From Alphaproteobacteria bacterium (GTDB lineage Bacteria; Pseudomonadota; Alphaproteobacteria; ATCC43930; CGMCC-115725), in assembly GCA_030037055.1 (NCBI GenBank), contig JASHRZ010000457.1, forward strand, positions 1 to 25,089: a stretch of 25,089 nt of DNA, read 5' to 3'. The position numbers and the translations under genes are program-made. Positions within the stretch are counted from its first letter, which is position 1. Each line of letters starts with the position of its first letter. Under the pieces are notes generated by a model. The model did not search any database and was not told the DNA's origin. It worked only from the letters and a program-made list of their open reading frames with translations. Below are positions 8,779-16,359 of the stretch, piece after piece.

Positions 8779-9455
8779 ATTCGAGCGGAGCGGATTGGAC
8801 ACCTGCCGGGCTCTGGCTGGCTGTCGTCGCGAGCGGCCTCTATCACGGGGTGAACCCGGGGATGGGATGGCCGCTCGCTGTTTCGGCGGCGCTGATGGAA
8901 AGGAGTTCGCGCGCGCTCCTCGGGGCGCTTTGGCCGCTGATGATTGGCCATCTGCTGGCGATGCTCCTGGTGATCCTTCCCTTCGCGCTGCTGGTCGCTC
9001 TCGTAGAATGGCAGCAGCAAATCCGGATCGGCGCGAGCCTCCTGGTCATCGGGTTCGGCATTTTCCGGCTTGTCAACCGGCGCCATCCGCGGGCGCTGGC
9101 GCGGATACCACCGACGCAATTGGGGCTCTGGTCCTTTGCCGTAGCGATCGCTCATGGCGCGGGATTGATGCTCGTGCCGATTTACCTGGGGCTCTGCCGG
9201 GCCGCCGACCTCGGCAGAAGCCGCGAGGCGCCCGGCGCGCTCATCAATGCCGATCTCGGCATGGCCGTCCTCGTCTCCGCGGTCCACACCGCCGCGATGA
9301 TCGCCGCCGGCGGATTCTTGGCGTGGCTGGTCTACCGTTACCTCGGGCTCAAATTCGTCTCGCGGAGCTGGTTCAATCTGGATGCAATTTGGGCCTTGAG
9401 CCTCATATTGGTGGGCGCCCTTTCGCTTTCGATCAGCCTGGTGAGCCGGCACTGA
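8775..9455 (+). CDS. Polytopic membrane protein (about 6 TM) with intramembrane His/Met; UreH/RcnA/NiCoT-like candidate metal permease
   Basis: TTG start overlaps the SBP56 stop (TTGA at 8775-8778). Hydrophobic segments carry GLYHGVNPGMGW, GHLLAM, AHGAG and VHTAAM. Confidence 0.8.
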   Translation: MNSSGADWTPAGLWLAVVASGLYHGVNPGMGWPLAVSAALMERSSRALLGALWPLMIGHLLAMLLVILPFALLVALVEWQQQIRIGASLLVIGFGIFRLVNRRHPRALARIPPTQLGLWSFAVAIAHGAGLMLVPIYLGLCRAADLGRSREAPGALINADLGMAVLVSAVHTAAMIAAGGFLAWLVYRYLGLKFVSRSWFNLDAIWALSLILVGALSLSISLVSRH

Positions 9456-9598
9456 GGGGTGTCGCGTTCATTCGGACCGCGTCGACGGCCACGGCTACGC
9501 GGCGGAACCGTCCTTGGCTCAGCAACGGGTCGCTTGCGGCGGTCAGACGACATCCGTCGAACCTTCGTGGTCGGGTGCCGCCCGTCAGACATCGACCC

Positions 9599-10798
9599 CT
9601 AATTCCTTCTGTGGCTCATCAGCGCCGTGCCGTCCTTGGGCGGATGAGCGCGGAGCGCCGCCTCATTGGGCTCGGTGCCCCAGCCCGGCCGGTCGGGCAC
9701 GACCAGCTCGCCCTTCTCGATCATCGGCAGTTCCGTGAACAGCTCGTGGTCCCAGGGCAACCGGTCGATGTCGATCTCCATGACGCGCAAATTGGGCATG
9801 GCGGCGGCGTAATGCGCGCTCATCAGGCTGCAGAGATGGCCGTAGAAATTATGCGGCGCGACGTTCACCTCCTGCGCCTCGGCGGCGGCGGCGATCTTCA
9901 TCGACTGCCAGACGCCGTTCCACACCGTGTCGATGATCGCCACGTCCATGGCCTGGGCGCGGAAATAGGGAAGAAAGTCCCTCACTCCGAACAGCGTCTC
10001 GCCGGAGCTTATGGGATGCGGGCTCTGCCGCCGGATGAGGCCCAGCGCCTCAGGATCGTAACTGTCGATCTCCACCCAGAAGAGGTCGAAATCGGCGATG
10101 GCGCGCAGGATCTCGAGATAGCCCTCGGTCCTGGCGTTGAAATTCAGGTCGAGCAGGATGTCTATGTCGGGTCCGGCGCCGTCGCGGAACGCCTCGAGAT
10201 GCGCTCTCAGCCCGCGCAGCACCGCGCGGTCGACATTGAGCTCGGGGAAGAACGGTTTGGCGAAGCCCGCCTGCCAGCCCTGGAGCACGCCGTCCTTCGG
10301 GATGAAGATGTTGGTCTTGAGCGCGGAAAAGCCCTTCTCGCGCACCTCGGCGCCCATCGCCTTGACCCCGTCGAGATCGGTGATCGCCGGCTTGTAGAAT
10401 CCGGGATGGTTGATGCGCCAGGTGGCGCAATGCGACCAGTAGAGCGGGATGCGGTCGCGGATCTTGCCGCCCAGCAGCTCGTAGCACGGCACGCCCAGCG
10501 TCTTGGCCTTGGCGTCGAGCAGCGCGTTCTCGATGGCGCCGATGCCTTCGGCGACTACGCCGCCCGCCGCCGGCCGGGTCAGCGCGTAAAGCTCGGCGTA
10601 GATGCGCTCATGGGCCATCACCGATTGGCCGATGACGCGCCCGGCAAGGCGCGCGATCGCCGCAGTGACGCCGGGCGAGGCGAAGCCCTCGTCGAACTCG
10701 CTCCAGCCAACGACGCCGTTGTCGGCCGTGAGCTTGACGAAATGATAATTGCGCCAGCCCGCGTCGCAATGCAGCGTCTCGATCGCCCTGACCTTCAT
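9599..10798 (-). CDS. Mandelate racemase/muconate lactonizing enzyme family (enolase superfamily) enzyme, acid-sugar-dehydratase-like
   Basis: AIENALLDAKAKTLGVPCYELLGGKIRDRIPLY, GFSALKTN, metal ligands LLDLN/WVEID/SGETL, APHN, VPDRPGWG. GGAGGAGG RBS before ATG 10798. Confidence 0.92.
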   Translation of the reverse strand: MKVRAIETLHCDAGWRNYHFVKLTADNGVVGWSEFDEGFASPGVTAAIARLAGRVIGQSVMAHERIYAELYALTRPAAGGVVAEGIGAIENALLDAKAKTLGVPCYELLGGKIRDRIPLYWSHCATWRINHPGFYKPAITDLDGVKAMGAEVREKGFSALKTNIFIPKDGVLQGWQAGFAKPFFPELNVDRAVLRGLRAHLEAFRDGAGPDIDILLDLNFNARTEGYLEILRAIADFDLFWVEIDSYDPEALGLIRRQSPHPISSGETLFGVRDFLPYFRAQAMDVAIIDTVWNGVWQSMKIAAAAEAQEVNVAPHNFYGHLCSLMSAHYAAAMPNLRVMEIDIDRLPWDHELFTELPMIEKGELVVPDRPGWGTEPNEAALRAHPPKDGTALMSHRRN

Positions 10799-10827
10799 CG
10801 CCTCCTCCGTTCGCCGGCCGCGTTCGG

Positions 10828-12039
10828 CTAACTCTTGCGCAGCGCCTTCGCCAGCCTGAGGCGCAGCGCATTCAGCTTGATGAAGCCCTCGGCGTCGCGC
10901 TGATTGTAGACCTCGTCCGCCTCGAAGGTGACATGCGCGAGGCTGTAGAGGCTCTTGGACGATTTGCGCCCGACGACGTGCGCGAGCCCCTTGTAGAGCT
11001 TGAGGCGCACCGTGCCCTCGACATTCTCCTGGCTCTTGTCGATTAGCGCCTGCAGCATCTCGCGCTCGGGCGTGAACCAGAAGCCGTAATAGATCAGCTC
11101 GGCATAGCGCGGCATCAGCTCGTCTTTGAGATGCGCCGCGCCGCGATCGAGCGTGATGCTTTCGATGCCGCGATGAGCGGCGTGCAGAATGGTGCCACCC
11201 GGTGTCTCGTAGACGCCGCGCGACTTCATGCCGACGAAGCGGTTCTCGACCAGATCGAGCCGGCCGATCCCGTGCTTGCCGCCAAGCTCGTTGACCCGCG
11301 CCAGCAGGCTCGCCGGCGACAGCGCGACGCCGTTGACCGCCACGGGATCGCCGCGCTTGAACTCGATCTCGACATATTCGGACTGATCCGGCGCCGCCTC
11401 GGGCGCCACTGTGCGGCTGTAGACCAGCTCCTCGGGCTCGCTCCAGGGATCCTCGAGCACTTTGCCTTCGGCCGAGATGTGCAGCAGATTGGCATCTGTC
11501 GAGAACGGTGCCTCGCCGCGCCTGTCGCGCGGGATCGGGATCTGGTGCCGTTCGGCATAGGCGATGAGCTTGGTCCGCGAGCCGAGATCCCATTCGCGCC
11601 AGGGCGCGATGACCTTGATGTCGGGCTTAAGCGCGTAATAGGCAAGCTCGAAGCGGACCTGGTCGTTGCCCTTGCCGGTGGCGCCATGCGCCACCGCGTC
11701 GGCGCCGACCGCCTCCGCGATCTCGATCTGGCGCTTGGCGATGAGCGGCCGGGCGATCGCGGTGCCGAGCAGATATTGCCCTTCATAAAGAGCGTTGGCG
11801 CGGAACACGGGGAAGACGAAGTCGCGCACGAACTCCTCGCGCAGATCGTCGACGAAGATCTCCTTCACCCCCATCATCTCCGCCTTCTTGCGCGCCGGCT
11901 CGAGCTCTTCGCCCTGGCCGATATCGGCGGTGAAGGTCACGACCTCGCAGCGATAGGTCTCCTGCAGCCAGCGGAGGATCACCGAGGTGTCGAGCCCGCC
12001 GGAATAAGCGAGCACGACCTTCTTCACCGAGCCGCTCAT
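10828..12039 (-). CDS. argG: Argininosuccinate synthase
   Basis: [88 protein letters not shown]. Confidence 0.99.
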   Translation of the reverse strand: MSGSVKKVVLAYSGGLDTSVILRWLQETYRCEVVTFTADIGQGEELEPARKKAEMMGVKEIFVDDLREEFVRDFVFPVFRANALYEGQYLLGTAIARPLIAKRQIEIAEAVGADAVAHGATGKGNDQVRFELAYYALKPDIKVIAPWREWDLGSRTKLIAYAERHQIPIPRDRRGEAPFSTDANLLHISAEGKVLEDPWSEPEELVYSRTVAPEAAPDQSEYVEIEFKRGDPVAVNGVALSPASLLARVNELGGKHGIGRLDLVENRFVGMKSRGVYETPGGTILHAAHRGIESITLDRGAAHLKDELMPRYAELIYYGFWFTPEREMLQALIDKSQENVEGTVRLKLYKGLAHVVGRKSSKSLYSLAHVTFEADEVYNQRDAEGFIKLNALRLRLAKALRKS

Positions 12040-12072
12040 GACGCGGGAGACCTTTCAAAAAACGTCGGGCGC

Positions 12073-12112
12073 GGGAGTATAAGTGACGGGCTGATGGCGG
12101 CAAGAGCGCGCG
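12073..12112 (+). repeat. Direct repeat copy A (promoter-containing), paired with 14392-14431
   Basis: gggagtataagtgacgggctgatggcggcaagagcgcgcg matches copy B at 33/40 positions without gaps. Confidence 0.8.
12076..12103 (-). promoter_or_regulatory. sigma70-type promoter for argG
   Basis: Minus strand reads cTTGCCG-N16-TATACT, about 37 nt upstream of the argG ATG. Confidence 0.6.
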
Positions 12113-12145
12113 CCGGAAGACCGGCAGGCAAGGCGGAGAACGGCG

Positions 12146-13489
12146 CTACTCGCCCGCCGCGGCCGGCGCCAGGGCGGCCTCCAGTGCGCGCTGACGGCGG
12201 CCGAGCCAAAGCCCGTTGGCAAGCCAGAGCGCGGCGACGCCGATCGCCACCACGGCCGCGCCGCGCGACGCCGGCCCGTTCAGCAGCGCCACCGACCAGG
12301 CACCGACTTGATCGCCAAGGCGGTAGACCACCGTGTCGATGAAGCCTTTAGTCTTGTAGCGGTCCTCGCGCGGCAGGACCGTGAACAGGACCTCCCGTGT
12401 TGGTCGCGTGATCGCATAGTCGCCGGCGCGCCGCGCTACCTGGAACACGGCGATCGCTGCCAGCGTCGGTGCCAGCGCCAGGGTGCCGAAGCCGATCATG
12501 GTGAGTGCCGGCAGGATGGCTAGCGCGAGGGGCACGCCGAGCGATAGGACGATGCGGCCGGTCAGGAACAGTTGAAAGACGAGCGCGAGCGTGTTGACGC
12601 TGAAATCGATGGTCGCGAAGAACGCCGTCTGCGCACCGCGGTCGGCGAAGCTGTGGCTGACGATTTCCGCTTGTTGGAAATAAACGAAGGTCGAAGTGAT
12701 GGCGTAAAGCAGCAGGAAGCCGCCGACATTCAGTAGGTAGGGCGAGCCGAGGGCATGGCTGACGCCGGCGACGACGGTGCCGCCGATCGGGCGTTCGGCG
12801 GCCTTTTCGCGCCGGTCCGTTTCCGGACGCCGGTGCAAGGCGGGCGATAGCCTGGCAAGGCGCCCGACGCTGAAGACCGCGACCTCCAGCAGCACCGCCG
12901 CGCCGATCAGCAGTGGCGTGGGTGGAACATAGCGCGCCAGGCTCGCGGTGATGGCGGCGCCGATGATCGCGCCGATCGTCGCCCCGGCCGCGACAAAGCC
13001 AAACAGCCGCTTGCCCTGCTCGGGGCTGAAGAGATCGACATTGAGCTGCCAGAACACCGAGACGACGAACAGGTTGTAGACCGAGATCCAGACAAAAAAG
13101 ATTCTGCCGATCCAGATCGTCTGCCCGGGGCCTGCCAAGGCGAGCGCGAGCGCGAACAGCAGAATGTTGGCGGCAAAGAAGCGGTAGGTGAGGGGAATGA
13201 AGCGGCTGCGCGGCAGCTTCTTGACGAGATAGGCGAAGGGCAGATTCAACAGGATCATGCTGCCGAGCGTGCCCGCGAACAGCCATTGAAGATTGTTGAC
13301 CCCGCCGGCGATGCCCATCTGGTCGCGGATCGGCCGCATGATGTAATAGGAGGAGAGAACCGCGAAGATATAGAGCCAGCACCAAAGCACGGCGCGCACC
13401 TCCTCGGGCTGCACCGCGACCACCCTCTGCAGCAGCCGATAGGCAAATGGATGCGCCGCAGGCGCGGGGGATGGATCGGTTTCGGTCAA
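12146..13489 (-). CDS. TLC/NTT (ATP:ADP antiporter, COG3202-like) family MFS-fold carrier homolog
   Basis: YYIMRPIRD, NLFVVSVFW...DLFSPEQGKRLFGFVAAGATIG, YAITRPTREVLF, RYKTKGFIDTVVYRLGD; about 12 hydrophobic segments; TTG start 19 nt downstream of the preceding stop. Confidence 0.85.
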   Translation of the reverse strand: MTETDPSPAPAAHPFAYRLLQRVVAVQPEEVRAVLWCWLYIFAVLSSYYIMRPIRDQMGIAGGVNNLQWLFAGTLGSMILLNLPFAYLVKKLPRSRFIPLTYRFFAANILLFALALALAGPGQTIWIGRIFFVWISVYNLFVVSVFWQLNVDLFSPEQGKRLFGFVAAGATIGAIIGAAITASLARYVPPTPLLIGAAVLLEVAVFSVGRLARLSPALHRRPETDRREKAAERPIGGTVVAGVSHALGSPYLLNVGGFLLLYAITSTFVYFQQAEIVSHSFADRGAQTAFFATIDFSVNTLALVFQLFLTGRIVLSLGVPLALAILPALTMIGFGTLALAPTLAAIAVFQVARRAGDYAITRPTREVLFTVLPREDRYKTKGFIDTVVYRLGDQVGAWSVALLNGPASRGAAVVAIGVAALWLANGLWLGRRQRALEAALAPAAAGE

Positions 13490-13508
13490 AGCCGGCCTGC
13501 GCCGTCGG

Positions 13509-14270
13509 TCATTTCAACGCGGCGGCGATCTGGCGGATCTCGGCCGCGCTATGCTCGCCGCCGAGCGGCGTTCCCGGCACGAGATACCTGCCCATGGGCA
13601 AGCCGCCGACGAGCACCGGCTCGAACCCGATCTCCTTGATCAGGTTCGTCGCCAAGGCGATGGCGCTCGGGTCGTCGCCGGCGATCGGCACGCCCACCGG
13701 TTCACCCCGGCGGTGAGCGTCGCTCGCCAAGCTCGTGGAGCTGATCGCATTGAACGCGCGCACCAGGCGGGCGCCGGGCAGCAATTTTGCCGTGGCGAGG
13801 CCGGCTCCGCCCTGCTCGGCGACCCATTTGACGATGTCGTCGCCGTCGCGTCGCGCGATCGGGTTGGAGACATCGAGCACGAGCGCCTTGGCGGCGAGCG
13901 CCTTGCCGTAATCCCGGCCGATCTGCTCGACCGCGGTATAGGGAACGACCAAGATCACGACATCGCCGAAGGCGACCGCCTGCTCGACCGTACCCGCCTG
14001 CGCCGACGGCCCGGCATTCGCGACAAGCTCCTTCAGCGCCTCCGGGTGGCGAGAGGAGAACATCACCTTGTGGCCCTCTTTGGCGAACAACGTGCCGAGC
14101 GCGCCACCCTCGCGTCCGGCGCCGATCGTGGCAATTCTGAGCGACACGATATCGGCGTTTTGCGCCGATGCGGTCCTCGGCCAGGCGGCAAAAATGCCTG
14201 CGGCCACGCCGAGGGAGCCAAGCTTCACGATTTCGCGACGGCTGAGCGCGGATGCCGGATCATTCGCCAT
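13509..14270 (-). CDS. NADPH-dependent F420-reductase-like (FNO/F420_oxidored) oxidoreductase with a twin-arginine signal peptide
   Basis: N-terminal LSRREIVKLGSLGVAAGIFAAWPRTASA|Q (RR motif, h-region, AxA site). Rossmann IGAGREGGALG, FSSRHPE, VILVVPY, DVSNP, LVRAFN, AGDD...GFEPV. AAAGGAGG RBS. Confidence 0.88.
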   Translation of the reverse strand: MANDPASALSRREIVKLGSLGVAAGIFAAWPRTASAQNADIVSLRIATIGAGREGGALGTLFAKEGHKVMFSSRHPEALKELVANAGPSAQAGTVEQAVAFGDVVILVVPYTAVEQIGRDYGKALAAKALVLDVSNPIARRDGDDIVKWVAEQGGAGLATAKLLPGARLVRAFNAISSTSLASDAHRRGEPVGVPIAGDDPSAIALATNLIKEIGFEPVLVGGLPMGRYLVPGTPLGGEHSAAEIRQIAAALK

Positions 14271-14391
14271 GACGGGCCTCCTTTACCGGTGAGTTCGTGC
14301 ACCATAGGGTGCTGCGGGAATCTCCACACCTCAGATTCGCTAGCGGCGGCACCGGCCGCGCACGAGACTTTACACATAAGGATGCTCGGGC

Positions 14392-14431
14392 GGGAGTATA
14401 GGTGACGGACGGTCGGCGGCAAGGGCGGGCG
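14392..14431 (+). repeat. Direct repeat copy B (promoter-containing), paired with 12073-12112
   Basis: gggagtataggtgacggacggtcggcggcaagggcgggcg; 33/40 identity to copy A; 2319 nt spacing. Confidence 0.8.
14395..14422 (-). promoter_or_regulatory. sigma70-type promoter for the Tat-oxidoreductase/NTT operon
   Basis: Minus strand cTTGCCG-N16-TATACT, with the same hexamers and spacing as the argG promoter. Confidence 0.55.
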
Positions 14432-14440
14432 TGCGGCCCG

Positions 14441-15280
14441 TTATCTCTTGCCCGTCTTGCGCCGCTCCTTCGGCATCAGCCGGTCGATCATCCGCCAGTA
14501 ATTGACCGGCATCAGCCAGCACAGCGCCGCCATCAGAAAGGCGTCGGGACCGATGAGGATGCGCTGCTCGTTGCGCTTTATGCCGCGCAAGATGCGCACC
14601 GCCGCCTGGTCGGGACGGGTGCGCGCCATCCGGTCGAAGAGTTTCACCACTTGCCCGCGCAGCGCCGGATCGGATCTCGCCGGCAGGCGCGCGTTGCGCA
14701 CGATGTTGGTGCGCACGCCGCCGGGATGGACGGTGGTGACGCGAATGCCGCTACCGGCGAGCTCGTGGCGCAGCGCCTCGCTGAAGCCGCGCACCGCGAA
14801 CTTGCTCGCGGCATAGGCGGTCTGCCCGGCCGGCGCGACGATGCCGTAGATGCTGGAGATGTTGACGATATGCGCCTGCCGGTTCTCCCGCAGCAGCGGC
14901 AGGAACAGCCTGGTGCCGTATACCACGCCCCAGAAATTTACGTCGATCAGCCAGCGCATGTCGTCCACCGACAGCTCTTCCAGCTCCCCGATCAGCGCCA
15001 CCCCGGCATTGTTGATCAAGAGCTGGACGTAGCGGTGCGCTTGTTTCACCTCCTCGCGGAACCGCATCATTGCCTCGAGATCGGCGACGTCGAGGGCGTG
15101 GGTCGAGACCGTGCCGGCGCCGGCTTTCTTTGCCTCGGCCGCGGTGTTGGCCACCGTGTGCGCGTCCTTGTCGGCGAGCGCCAGCGCGCATCCCTCGCGC
15201 GCCAGCGCCAGCGCCAGCGCCCGCCCGATGCCGCTTCCGGCGCCGGTGACGACCGCAACGGTATTCCTGCCAAGTCTCAT
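14441..15280 (-). CDS. Short-chain dehydrogenase/reductase (classical SDR)
   Basis: VVTGAGSGIG, LINNAGV, VNFWG, IVNISS, YAASK (YxxxK), VHPGGVRT. GGAG-rich RBS before ATG 15280. Confidence 0.95.
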   Translation of the reverse strand: MRLGRNTVAVVTGAGSGIGRALALALAREGCALALADKDAHTVANTAAEAKKAGAGTVSTHALDVADLEAMMRFREEVKQAHRYVQLLINNAGVALIGELEELSVDDMRWLIDVNFWGVVYGTRLFLPLLRENRQAHIVNISSIYGIVAPAGQTAYAASKFAVRGFSEALRHELAGSGIRVTTVHPGGVRTNIVRNARLPARSDPALRGQVVKLFDRMARTRPDQAAVRILRGIKRNEQRILIGPDAFLMAALCWLMPVNYWRMIDRLMPKERRKTGKR

Positions 15281-15381
15281 TTTCTCTCCCTCCGGTGCTG
15301 GTCGAGCGTAGCCTGCGTCCGCAACGAGATCGTCGAGCCACACCTCGCCCTTCCGCTACGCGAGCCGCTCCGCGGCTCTCT

Positions 15382-15428
15382 CCCTCTTCGCCCCGGGGGC
15401 GGACAGGGCCGCGGGTGGGGCGAGCCAC
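15382..15428 (+). repeat. Degenerate palindromic intergenic repeat (REP/MITE-like), copy 1
   Basis: ccctcttcgccccgggggcggacagggccgcgggtggggcgagccac aligns with 18543-18593. It is preceded by a perfect hairpin gagccgc-tcc-gcggctc (15362-15378). Confidence 0.6.
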
Positions 15429-15447
15429 CAATTTGTGATCATCGATC

Positions 15448-16346
15448 CTAAGGCGCTACGCGCCGGACGAACCCTGCCGCATCCTCGAGCGCGGCGCGGC
15501 CTTCGGGCAGGAAGGAGGCGAAGAACTGCCAGACATGCGGCAACTTGCGCCAGGCGCGGAACTCGACCGCGACGCCGGCCTGGCGCGCCTTTTCGGCGAG
15601 CCGCGTCGAATCATCGAGCAGCACCTCGCTGTCGCTTGCCTGGATGAAGAGCGGCGCAGTCCCGCGAGATCGGCATAAAGCGGCGAGGCCAGCGGATCGG
15701 TGGGCGGCGCCTCGCCGAGATAGATGCGCGCGCCCTCCGCGACGCGGTGGCCATGGAACATCGCGTCGCTGCGGTCGTTGCGGCGGAGGGAATCGCCGGT
15801 TGCGGCGAGATCGGTCCAGGGCGAGAACAGCACCGCGCCCGCCGGCAGCGGATCGCCCGCTTGGCGCAGCGACAGCAGCAGGGCAAGCGCGAGGCCGCCG
15901 CCGGCGCTGTCGCCGCCCAGCACGATGCGGCGCGCCGGCGTGCCGGCGGCGATGAGGCCGCGATAGGCACGCACCGCATCCTCGACCGCGGCGGGAAAGC
16001 GATGCTCCGGTGCCAGGCGATAGTCCGGCACGAAGGCGCGCGCCTCGGCGCCGGCAGCAAGTCCGACGGTGATGACGCGATGCGTCTTGGGCGAGCAGAA
16101 GTAATAGCCGCCGCCATGGAGGTAGAGCAGCGTGCGCGCCGTCTCGGCCGCGCCGCCCTCGCGCTCGATCCATTCGCCCGCGATCGGCGCCACCGCTTCG
16201 CGGATGCGCCAGCCCGGCGGCAGGCGCGGCGTCGTCGCCATCTTGGCTGCAAGCCGCCGCGCCGCGGCGACGTCGGGCGGGCCGCTGGAGCGGCGCTTCA
16301 CCCGATAGCGCAGCATCAGCGTCAGCACGACGTTCTGCCAGCTCAT
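15448..16346 (-). pseudogene. HSL/Aes-family alpha/beta hydrolase (esterase/lactonase) with a single -1 frameshift near 15656 (real or assembly error)
   Basis: LYLHGGGY, PDYRLAPEH.FPAA, GDSAGG nucleophile, LFSPWTDL, SPLYADL in one frame. PLFIQASDSEVLLDD...LPHVWQ (catalytic acid and His) follows in the next frame. CTG CGC CGC TC is one C short of L-P-P-L. Confidence 0.85.
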
Positions 16347-16359
16347 GGGCGCGCTTCGG

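Noticed and set aside
9599-11593. 664-aa ORF suggesting an argG-enolase fusion
   Set aside because: The N-terminal part is an alternate frame of argG. The enolase has its own GGAGGAGG RBS and ATG at 10798, and argG ends at 10828.
14271-14391. Roughly 120-nt leader of the Tat-oxidoreductase operon as a riboswitch
   Set aside because: I recognize no conserved riboswitch motif (TPP, SAM, FMN, cobalamin, glycine); an Rfam scan would be needed.
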